The position numbers and the translations under genes were made by a program. From the NCBI GenBank assembly GCA_964016885.1, contig OZ024746.1, forward strand, positions 101,494,001 through 101,558,000: 64,000 nt of DNA. Direction: 5' to 3'. The DNA is from Eledone cirrhosa (lineage: Eukaryota). Positions 1-11,812 of this stretch are shown one piece after another (position 1 is the first letter of the stretch; every line of letters starts with the position of its first letter). The notes beneath the pieces are model-generated. The model was not told the origin of the DNA. It worked only from the letters and a program-made list of their open reading frames with translations, and did no database searches.

Positions 1-779
1 ACAATCTCTTTGGAACCTATATATATATATATATATCTGTGTGTGTGTGTGTATATATATATAATAGCAATTATATCCCCCACCACAAATATCAATTAAT
101 GATATATTAAAGTTATATTTAACACTTTAGCAAATAAATTGTTAATATGCTGGTAATTTATTGCTTTAAGAAGGTAAACAAATACACTCTAGTTGCTTTG
201 GTTTCCATCTAATCTGGGAACACCAATTTCATTGCTTACTCTAATGGATAACCTTATTAAAATTCCAATTATCGCAGTAGTATATGTTACCATGGAAACT
301 GTATTGAAAGACAATTATTGTATATTTATAAACATTGCTAACACAACTAACCAGTTGAAGACAGTGTGAAATCTTTCTAAAAACAAACAACTATCATTAT
401 GATATCCGCGTGAAACAATGACCAACTAAATATAAAACAAATCACATCTAATTAATTTTTCATTGGAGTCAGTTCCTTACATTTTGGTTGTCAACTTGAA
501 AACAGCACACCACACAATCTCTCTAGTCTCAATATAATAGCAATTTTGTACTTAAGTACAAAACTCAATTATTTATTTTCCACCAGTTAACACTGATAAA
601 CTTATTAACAGTTTATAATTTAGGAAGAACACCGAAAGAAAGAAATAATAAAAAAAAGATCAGATTGAGGAAAAAACATGATTTTTTAGAAGTGAGAAAT
701 ATATTGGCGACATTTGTTTCTATACACCAACTTGTAAGATAATATCAAAGATTTCTTGATGAGAAATTCCTGATAATAG

Positions 780-1113
<334 letters not shown>

Positions 1114-1995
1114 AAAATAAATTATTACCATGTTTTTGTAATCCATCTGATTTCTGAATATTAACCCTTCTTAAAAGCTCCATTGAAATAAACACACTGA
1201 CTAGAAGATGAAAGATGCTTTTACTAAATGACTATCACATCAAACTGTCTGACATTCTTTGTGTGGGCCTAAACCCACACCTTATCCTGTAGTAAAGGAA
1301 AAAGAAGTACTTGAAAAACTAAAAGGAAATGAAGTATATGCCAAAATCACGAAGCTGGCTTATGGAAAAGGAAGAAAAATGTAAACTGATTGTCTGTATT
1401 GTTTTATTATTAAACTTTAATTCTGGAGTATCTTTCAACCAATAAAAATAACTTTCAGTTTTCTAAGTTTATCATCAAAATATACTGTATTGAGATTGTT
1501 GGTAAAGCTACAATAAACTAGTGTTTAGTGGAAAAGGAACTGAAAGAGAGTTTGTCATAGCTTGGATGTTCTCACCGCTTTAGACAAGACAAGACATTTC
1601 AACAGCTTTACACTAAAGACAAAGCTATTTTAAAAAAACCAAACAACATTTCTTTGGTTGGTTTGAATAGTGTGAGGGTCAATGACCATATCTTTATAAA
1701 AGATCTCTTCAACTGAAGTCAAGTTGTTACAGATTAAAGATTTCAGTGTATGAGAAAGAAAGTATCTTTTATGTGCTGTAAGTTCTGGGGGCAAAATGTT
1801 TAGGGAGAATGTTTAACACTGTGTGCGTAATATCTTTATAATACATCAGCACTCATAATTATCATTTTACACCTGCTTTTCAATGCTGGCATGGGTTGGA
1901 CAAGTTGTTATTGACATAATTAGTGGATTAATCAAGAATTCATTTATATATTATTTAGATACTAAAACACTATAGAATCACTCATTTCATCATAA

Positions 1996-2221
1996 TTCTA
2001 ACTGAAGTACGTACTAACTGTAGTACATACTAATTGTAGTACATACTAGCTGAAGTACATACTAACTGAAGTATATACTAACTGAAGTAAATACTACTGA
2101 AGTACATACTAACTGAAGTGCGTACTAACTGAAGTACATACTAACTGAAGTACATACTAACTGAAGTAAATACTACTGAAGTACATACTAGCTGAAGTAC
2201 ATACTAACTGTAGTACATACT
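1996..2221. repeat. 16-bp minisatellite (TACTAACTGAAGTACA)n
   Basis: About 14 tandem copies with point variants. Confidence 0.92.
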
Positions 2222-2766
2222 TTGGACTAAATAGTGATATGAATATTGATGGTGTAATGAAGTTGATTGGATATTGATTTATACGAAGCATTTAGTGCTG
2301 CTATTTCTAGTGTGTTCAGAGACCACATGAAGGCTCTCTCTTTGGTTTGTTTGTAGTGTTTAACTCTCTGCCCATCCCTTCTCAATTAAATGTTATCAAA
2401 CATATTTATGATTGAAGGCATTCCAACTGTAACCATCCTGACTTTATCATATTACACTTGGTCATCCATGGCAGCTGGAAGTCTCCCCCTATACAGACAG
2501 CAAGACTAGTAAAACAAATTTGATGTTTGGAATTCAAGACATACAATGCCAGCTGATGTTTAAACTTTTGAAACATCATCATAGACTACAACTTTACACA
2601 TATACAAGAGTTAACAAGGAAGCCCCTATATAATTGCTTTGCATCAGTCAAATCTCTCCTCCTCCCACTAAAATTAGACAATGTAGTTGCTGATATAGGA
2701 TGGTCAAGTCTGGATCCCCTTTAATCATAGGTTTGACCAATGAGGACTGACTTGTGGTTTAAGAAG

Positions 2767-2968
2767 AGACAGTAACATATCACATTGGCTGTATGTCTGT
2801 ATTGATGAGGACTTGGGACTTAAGACAGTAACATATCACATTGGCTGTATGTCTGTATTGATGAGGACTTGGGACTTAAGACAGTAACATATCACATTGG
2901 CTGTATGTCTGTATTGATGAGGACTTGGGACTTAAGACAGTAACATATCACATTGGCTGTATGTCTGT
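2767..2968. repeat. ~56-bp tandem repeat, about 3.5 copies
   Basis: AGACAGTAACATATCACATTGGCTGTATGTCTGTATTGATGAGGACTTGGGACTTA repeated. Confidence 0.92.
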
Positions 2969-4029
2969 AGTAATACATTTTCCTAGATAGAACATCCTGT
3001 TTTTAGCCCATTACTCTAGTTACACATCCTTTAACACACATCTGTATATAATTCATAGCCAAGATGATAGTATTCAATGTCTTCAGATAATTGCAAACAT
3101 GTATAACATATTTCATCTGAAATATATAGCAAGATTATTATTCATTTTCTAATTAATTCCAAATTTTCAGATTTAAAAAAGAAATTAAAAGTTGCTTTAA
3201 AGATTTCTAAAAGTTTTTAAAACCCTTTTGACACCAACTTTTTCATTCATACATTTTACATAAATATATACACTTTAAAGTAAATAATATTTTAACATAG
3301 AACCAGGATCAGTTTCATATCATTTGGTATTGTAAATGTTAAAACAACTGAGTATGATTTAATAGAGGTTTGGGTGTTACTTCTAGCAGATCAAGAACAT
3401 CTGTAGATTTGTTAAATTTATAATTTATGACATACTTCGTTTTTGCATTTGTTTTGCAGGATTCTTGAAGTGAAATTGTAACAGATATTGTTATACTTTG
3501 GTAGGGTCATGTTGCCAAAAAGCACACACACACCTGTTTATTTTCTCTTCAGTTTTAGCATTAGTTATGTAACTAATGATAAAACTGAAGTGAAACTCAA
3601 CTGGTGTGTGTGTTTTTATTGGCAACATGAGCCTATCAAAGTATAACAATATCTATAACATAGCAAGTTGGATACAGTATAGTCTTAGTTCCTGTTATTT
3701 CTGCTGGATGATAATGATGAAGGTGGTGGTCACATTAATGACATTGATCACAATGATGATGATCATCATAGAGATATTATTACTATTAAAAGGTAACCAA
3801 CCAATATCTAAATATATATTACAGTTTGTAGTATGAAGTCTTATCGTAAAGAAGTGATTTAAGTAAAAATGGTATCAGGATATCAGAAATTACTTAAAAC
3901 TCTTAATTAAAGTAACCCATGCTAGCATTGAAGGTGAACATTAAATGGTGGTGGTGGTGAAGATGGTGATGTTGATGATGATAATGATCATATACACACA
4001 CACGAGTGTAAATCCTAACTGATATTACT

Positions 4030-5220
4030 GTTGTAGAATGTGGTGTATATTGTAGTGTATATATATCCTACTGTAGTAGAGTCTAGTGTATATTGTAGTG
4101 TATATTGTAGTATATATATATATCCTACTGTAGTAGAGTCTAGTGTATATTGTAGTATATATATATATCCTACTGTAGTAGAGTGCGGTGTATATTGTAG
4201 TGTATATTGTAGTGTATATATACCCTACTGTAGTAGAGTCTAGTGTATATTGTAGTTTATAAATACCCTACTGTAGTAGAGTGTGGTGTATATTGTAGTG
4301 TATATATACCCTACTGTAGTAGAGTCTAGTGTATATTGTAGTTTATAAATACCCTACTGTAGGAGAGTGCGGTGTATATTGTAGTGTATATATATCCTAC
4401 TGTAGTAGAGTGTGGTGTATATTGTAGTGTATATATACCCTACTGTAGTAGAATGTAGTGTATATTGTAGTGTATATATATCCTACTGTAGTAGAGTGTG
4501 GTGTATATTGTAGTGTATATATATATCCTACTGTAGTAGAGTGTGGTGTATATTGTAGTGTATATATATCCTACTGTAGTAGAGTGTGGTGTATATTGTA
4601 GTGTATATATATCCTACTGTAGTAGAGTGTGGTGTATATTGTAGTGTATATATATCCTACTGTAGTAGAGTGTAATGTATATTGTAGTGTATATATACCC
4701 TACTGTAGTAGAGTGTGGTGTATATTGTAGTTTATAAATACCCTACTGTAGGAGAGTGCGGTGTATATTGTAGTGTATATATATCCTACTGTAGTAGAGT
4801 GTAGTGTATAGTGTAGTGTATATTGTAGTGTATATATATACCCTACTGTAGTAGAGTGTAGTGTATATTGTAGTGTATATATATCCTACTGTAGTAGAGT
4901 GTATAGTGTACTGTATATTGTAGTGTATATATATCCTACTGTAGTAGAGTGTGGTGTATATTGTAGTGTATATATATCCTACTGTAGTAGAGTGTGGTGT
5001 ATATTGTAGTGTATATATATGCTACTGTAGTAGAGTGTGGTGTATATTGTAGTGTATATATATCCTACTGTAGTAGAGTGTGGTGTATATTGTAGTGTAT
5101 ATATATGCTACTGTAGTAGAGTGTGGTGTATATTGTGGTGTATATATATCCTACTGTAGTAGAGTGTGGTGTATATTGTAGTGTATATATATCCTACTGT
5201 AGTAGATTGTGGTGTATATA
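4030..5220. repeat. ~40-bp minisatellite (CCTACTGTAGTAGAGTGTGGTGTATATTGTAGTGTATATATAT)n
   Basis: Tandem array read directly. Confidence 0.93.
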
Positions 5221-5742
5221 TAAACAGATGGTTTAGTTTCTCTACTGAGCTATATAAACAGATGGTTTAGTTTCTCTATTGAGCTATATAAACAGATGGT
5301 TTAGTTTCTCTACTGAGCTATATAAACAGATGTTTTAGTTTCTCTATTGAGCTATATAAACAGATGGTTTAGTTTCTCTACTGAGCTATATAAACAGATG
5401 TTTTAGTTTCTCTACTGAGCTATATAAACAGATGGTTTAGTTTCTCTTTTGAGCTATATAAACAGATGGTTTAGTTTCTCTACTGAGCTATATAAACAGA
5501 TGGTTTAGTTTCTCTACTGAGCTATATAAACAGATGTTTTAGTTTCTCTATTGAGCTATATAAACAGATGGTTTAGTTTCTCTACTGAGCTATATAAACA
5601 GATGTTTTAGTTTCTCTACTGAGCTATATAAACAGATGGTTTAGTTTCTCTTTTGAGCTATATAGACAGATGGTTTAGTTTCTCTACTGAGCTATATAAA
5701 CAGATGGTTTAGTTTCTCTACTGAGCTATATAGACAGATGGC
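5216..5742. repeat. 34-bp minisatellite (TAAACAGATGGTTTAGTTTCTCTACTGAGCTATA)n
   Basis: About 15 copies, abutting the previous array. Confidence 0.93.
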
Positions 5743-5889
5743 TCATCATAAATGTCAAACAACTTTGAAGAAGTTGTTTACCTTTGAAGCAGATGTTGAT
5801 GATGACATGTAGGACAGAATGTATTTTATTACATTAGTTCAGATTTTCAGCACATATCTAGTTGTATAAAAAAGGATTGTTTTCTATAG

Positions 5890-6246
5890 CAGTGGTCGAA
5901 AACTGGTGGTCTAAGAGAAAATGTCGGTGGTCCACAGAAAAATTTTGACATTATTTCTAATTTTTATGATTTATTAGTAATATTCGGTTAAAATATATTT
6001 CATAAACCCCCCAAAAAATGTTTCTCCTCAAGTAAAGGACTAACATCCATGAAATAATTTTACACATATGTATCACCTATCGACAATATGACACATATAC
6101 GCTTCAGTATTGTTTAATAGAATAGAAGTTCCCTGATCATTATTTTACAAATGTATTTCTTTTTTTTAAATTCATATTAGTGGTTCGAGGGATTTAAAAT
6201 TATGAATTTAGTGGTCCATGAGGTCCAAAAGAGTTGGCGACTGCTG
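5890..6246. mobile_element. hAT-type MITE (non-autonomous DNA transposon)
   Basis: Perfect 8-bp TSD TTCTATAG (5882-5889, 6247-6254); imperfect TIRs CAGTGGTCGAAAACT / AGTTGGCGACTGCTG; repeated subterminal GTGGTCC motifs. Confidence 0.85.
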
Positions 6247-7120
6247 TTCTATAGTGTTGCAAGATCAATTAAGCTGATACTAAAAAGCCATTTGGTGATA
6301 TTTTCTGACACTACCGAGAGATCCTATTATAAAAAGAATTATTATTACCACGCTGCAGTCCCTTGTCCCTTTTAATCCCCACCCTTGGTCTTGGTATTTC
6401 TCTATCAGCTCATTTTCTTTTTCACTGCAATATCTCCATCTTTATATTGTTTTTGTGTACACTCTAATACTAACAGTCTCTTCTCTTTCACCACATAACA
6501 CAGTAGTGAAATATCTTCTTTATTTATATTGCTTATTATTAGTTATGTCCTTCTGTCCTGCCCTTAAACCACCATTAGAGTGCCTTCTGTGGCTTTCTTC
6601 AATCCTCCTCTCTTAACTATTTCTAAAGATAGTGTTCTTGGAGAAAATTCAGGCATTTTCCTCCTTCAGTTTTTCTCTCCTACTTTTGATATCTTCGTTT
6701 TCTTTTTCCAGTATTTATTTTTCTTTCTGTTTTTTCCACAGTTAATATTTAACTCCCCCACTCCAACACAACCAGATCTTTTCCACAGTTTATATATACA
6801 CTCCCCTACTGCAACACAACCAGAACTTTTCCACCATTTTATATACAGCCTATTAATATCACTTTTCTTGTGAAACATTATACATTGTCAGCAACACTTT
6901 AGTTTTCCTATCAATATCTTGTAGTTGTTGAGTATTCCAGTTAATGATATTAGCACTGTAGTACATTATCAAGAAACTCGTGATACTTATGATAAAACTT
7001 CTACTGTTCATCTGGAATTTATTATTTTCTTGGCTCTTCTTATAAATTTATTTTCACTTCTATCCTTCATTTTTGTCTTTTATGCTGTCAACTTCTAAAA
7101 CAGATAACTATTATCATTAT

Positions 7121-8247
7121 TGTGTGTTGGCAGTAAATTACCCAGCCCATCTCTGTACAGTGTGTAGTGTTGGCAGTGAATTACCAAGCCCATCTCTGTA
7201 CAGTGTGTAGTGTTGGCAGTGATTACCAAGCCCAGCTCTGTACAGTGTGTAGTGTTGGCAGTGAATTACCAAGCCCATCTCTGTACAGTGTGTAGTGTTG
7301 GCAGTGATTACCAAGCCCAGCTCTGTACAGTGTGTAATGTTGGCAGTGAATTACCAAGCCCATCTCTGTACAGTGTGTAGTGTTGGCAGTGAATTACCAA
7401 GCCCATCTCTGTACAGTGTGTAGTGTTGGCAGTGAATTACCAAGCCCATCTCTGTACAGTGTGTAGTGTTGGCAGTGATTACCAAGCCCAGCTCTGTACA
7501 GTGTGTAATGTTGGCAGTGAATTACCAAGCCCAGCTCTGTACAGTGTGTAATGTTGGCAGTGAATTACCAAGCCCAGCTCTGTACAGTTTGTAGTGTAGT
7601 GTAATGTTGGCAGTGAATTACCAAGCCCAGCTCTGTACAGTTTGTAGTGTAGTGTAATGTTGGCAGTGAATTACCAAGCCCAGCTCTGTACAGTTTGTAG
7701 TGTAGTGTAATGCTGGCAGTGAATTACCAAGCCCAGCTCTGTACAGTTTGTAGTGTAGTGTAATGTTGGCAGTGAATTACCAAGCCCAGCTCTGTACAGT
7801 TTGTAGTGTAGTGTAATGCTGGCAGTGAATTACCAAGCCCAGCTCTGTACAGTTTGTAGTGTAGTGTAATGCTGGCAGTGAATTACCAAGCCCAGCTCTG
7901 TACAGTTTGTAGTGTAGTGTAATGTTGGCAGTGAATTACCAAGCCCAGCTCTGTACAGTTTGTAGTGTAGTGTAATGCTGGCAGTGAATTACCAAGCCCA
8001 GCTCTGTACAGTTTGTAGTGTAGTGTAATGCTGGCAGTGAATTACCAAGCCCAGCTCTGTACAGTTTGTAGTGTAGTGTAATGCTGGCAGTGAATTACCA
8101 AGCCCAGCTCTGTACAGTTTGTAGTGTAGTGTAATGCTGGCAGTGAATTACCAAGCCCAGCTCTGTACAGTGTGTCTGTAGTTTTGTGTTGAGAACAGCC
8201 TTTGCAATAAATGTAAAATTTGATAATTCACTGCCAACACAACACTG
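7121..8247. repeat. 43-bp then 53-bp minisatellite formed from one end of a TIR element
   Basis: Unit GTGTAGTGTTGGCAGTGAATTACCAAGCCCA(T/G)CTCTGTACAGT; an inverted copy TAATTCACTGCCAACACAACACTG lies at 8224-8247. Confidence 0.88.
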
Positions 8248-8433
8248 TGGCTGACGCACATGTATGTCTCTTCTTCCTCATATAAAGCTAGCACAAATTA
8301 CCTCACTAAGGGAACCAGCACACTTTATGTCAGACAACTACATCATCATGTGCCAAAAAAAACCAAACCTCCAAAAGTATTTCATTGTTAACATTATCCC
8401 CAACCGACATTATCCACTACAACTAGCCACAGT

Positions 8434-8605
8434 TTCGGTAGAGGGTCGGACGCCATGCTTTCCAGCATAGTTACGTCCCTTTACGATCTGAGTTCAAATC
8501 TCGCCGAGGTTGACTTTGCCTTTCATCCTTACGGGGGTTGATAAAATAAAGTACCAGTAATGCACTGGGTAATTGCTGGCCTTGTGCCTAAAGTAGAAAC
8601 AGTTA
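8434..8605 (+). mobile_element. tRNA-derived SINE, family A
   Basis: B-box-like GAGTTCAAATC, central CTTTGCCTTTCATCCTTACGGGG..GATAAAATAAAGTACCAG, tail GTAGAAACA; near-identical copies elsewhere in the window. Confidence 0.85.
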
Positions 8606-8689
8606 TATTTAAACATCATCCATACACCAGAACAATTTTACAATATCTGAAGAACATTATCAGTATCACCTTATTTGACCAATAACATC

Positions 8690-9190
8690 AAAATATCTAT
8701 TAGTATCAATAGTCTGAAGGTGTACATCTACCTGACTACTTCAAGTCCAAAATTCAGAAACATGTAAGAACCATTGTCTCAAGAGAGTTGGTATTGCAGT
8801 CATTGATGGTACGTGTGTTGTATGTGCAGATATTAAATATCTTTTCTTTTGTCTGGGTGTTTCTTCTATTTGTATAAAACAAACCAGTCTGAGGTTGCTG
8901 GTGTGATCCCCTAGTCATAGCTGTCACATCAGTCTGAGGCTGCTGGTGTGATCCCCTAGTCATAGCTGTCACATCAGTCTGAGGCTGCTGGTGTGACCTC
9001 CTGTTCATTCTTCGAGGGTCTGGAGGTGGCCTCCTCTGTATAACGAATCTTTGAGGTGACTTTTTCACGTTAATTGCTCTTTGAACTCTGCTGCTGGTGA
9101 TCAAACTTTGTGGAGAGAGATATCACACGTTGATGCGCAGTCTGCTACTGGTGGAGTTTAGTGTTACAGGAAGAACATGTAAGCCTTCCT
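8690..9190 (-). mobile_element. LINE (RTE-like) 5' fragment, start of the AP endonuclease
   Basis: ORF 8754-9104 ends in IFNICTYNTRTI (first APE motif); internal 39-bp tandem triplication. Confidence 0.6.
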
Positions 9191-9477
9191 CAGTAGTATG
9201 TTGTTTTTTTATGTCTGTAGTCAGCCGTCAACATTCTTCACTGTTGTCACCATTCTTATCATTTATCATAGATTTCTGATTATGAAGAAAAGCAAACCAG
9301 TCAACATATTGGTTTACTTAGCATTCCTTTGCTCCATCATAGATATAGTATATGGCTGACAGGAAATAACTTCTGCTCTGTGTGTCTATGTTGTCTGGAA
9401 CCTTCTTAGAAAAGCTAGAAACAGCTGCAGAGACTGGAGTCTAATCAGTCTTTGATTAGTTCAACGAATGGAATTCA

Positions 9478-9740
9478 CAATCATCATCATCGTCATCAAC
9501 AACATCATTAATATCATCGTTTTCATCACAAACATCATCATCATCATCACCAACATCATCATCATCGTTATCATCATCATCACCATCATCATCGTTATCA
9601 TCATCATCACCAACATCATCATCACCATATCATCATCATCATCACCGTCATCATCATCATCACCATCACCATCCACACATATCACCGTCATCACCGTCAT
9701 CATCACCATCATCACAATCATCAAAATCATCATCATCATT
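9478..9740. repeat. (ATC)n/(CAT)n degenerate trinucleotide repeat
   Basis: Direct reading. Confidence 0.95.
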
Positions 9741-10059
9741 TGAAGCCATTGAATTAGTGTATCTTAACCCTTTACCATTTACATTACTCTATATATACTA
9801 TTGTATTTTCACAGTAAAGGCTTTACCTCACATAATATCTCACATAACATCTCGTATACGAGAGACGTGTGTTGACGTGTGTGAACAAGCTCGGCTACCG
9901 AGTCGGATTTACTTACTCAAAAGTGAGTTTTGATTAATTTTTTATACTGTAATATACGTTAACCCCTTGCCTTGGTCGTCAAACTTTGAGTTTATTTATC
10001 TTCGCCCCTTTTTGGGGCGAATTTTCCAGTTAAAAACTTATTACGGCAAACTAATAGAA

Positions 10060-11791
10060 ATGGACGGAATTTTCACATCTCATCCTAACGTGAAAGCCAC
10101 GCCCCCTAAGAAAGGTGATACAGAGAAGCTAGAAGCACAAGGCTCTAAGTCTTCCCTCCTCACTTCTGCAAAAGAAACATGGAACACGGAATTAAAAGAA
10201 AAATTTGTAAAAATGGGTGAAAACCCAGAAAGTCACATAAACGCAGACAAAAACAACAACGACAATAACAGCAATAGTCACAACACCAACCAAGGAAAAA
10301 ATAACGATAACACCAAACAAAGCGAACCCACTACTGGTGCCTCCTTTGCACAGGCGGTCCGGAAAACACAAACCTGCAAGCAACTGGACATTACAACTCT
10401 GAGAGAAAAGATGAAGGAAGCGAAACAGTATGTAACTTTCAAAGAAGGAGGAGACTTCACAATCACCTCCCCACAAGAAATCAAAAGAGACACGACGCTA
10501 AGAACGATATCTTTCAGAACAATTTCCAACATAACAAGGAAACCAGCTCAATTATCCCAAAAAGAGATTGAGCTGGTCCTAAAAAATGTGTGGAGGGATA
10601 TATCGTTCATACAAAAAGGGCCACTCTATGGGAATATAACGGTCCTAATGAAGGATCAATTGACGGCCAGGAAATACTCTGTGGCGCCAATTGTTTCCAA
10701 GCTACATACATTTTTCCCCACATATTTAGGGAAAAGAACGCAGAAGATAAGGGTCTCCGGAATCCGGCCAAATGCATGCATTTCCTGGGTACTAACAGGA
10801 TTTTTAGAAGACGAGGACGGAATCCTCTCAGTAGGAGAAGTCACCACAGACGTTTTCGGCGGTTTGAGCGTGGAGGTTCTGGTCCAAATGAGACCAGAAC
10901 GAATAGCTAGAATACCACAGAGGGTGTCCCTCGATGGAGAAACATTTATATATATTTCAGCCGAGGGTAGGAGGCCCATATGTTACTACTGTTCAAGCAG
11001 GGGTCATCTAAGGGCTGCTTGTCCTCAATTGACAAAAAAAAGGCTCTTTTGCCTACACCCACACACCACCACCGCCACCACCACCACCTCCACCACCACC
11101 ACCACAACAACAACAAAAACAACACGGAAAAATAACACAAGACACGGCCCCACCCAAAACAACTCCCAAAACACACACAAATACAACAAAACCCCAAAAT
11201 ACACCACTACCCGACAGCACGGACGAGGACCCAGCGGAAACGGCACCTAGTGACGAAGAGGGGGAACCCTTCCAACCTGTAAAAAGGAAAAAAAGAAAGC
11301 ACCACTCGAACATAAACGAAACAAACACACAACCACCAACAAAAACAAAACAAACAGAACAAACAAAATCCGCCCCACCCCAAAACATAACACATACAAC
11401 AAAACGTAAGCACACACAAGAACAACAAACAAACACAACACAAATAAAACAGTATACATACATTAACACAAATAACAAAGAACTAGTAAAAACAATACAC
11501 AAAGACCCTTCGGTGGAAACTGAAGGGCAATTCTTTGCAAGCGCGGCCAACAAACCGCATTTAAAAATGATAAGACTCCCAATGGACACCTATGCAAAAC
11601 TAAGAGAGAACTTTCCTGAGGACGTGGGGAAAACATGTACTCGACCTTATAACCGTGTCCTCTTGAAACGTTTCCCCACCCACACCTCACCAAACAACCC
11701 CACTCCACCACAGAACAACACCCCTCCAAACAACCTCTCCAATACGCCCATGGATATTGTGCAACCTGCTCCTCAGGAGCCGAACAGGTAG
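10060..11791 (+). CDS. ORF1 gag-like nucleic-acid-binding protein with zinc knuckle; +1 frameshift near the A8 run at 11034-11041
   Basis: ATG 10060 (MDGIFTSH..); CYYCSSRGHLRAAC at 10981-11022; the next frame is open 11033-11791 (Pro/Thr-rich, FQPVKRKKRK basic motif) and stops 21 nt before ORF2. Confidence 0.8.
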
Positions 11792-11812
11792 GTCCTTCCT
11801 CTTTTAACCAAC

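Noticed and set aside
1128-1287. Minus-strand exon with acceptor- and donor-like sites
   Set aside because: All three frames contain stops and there is no other support.
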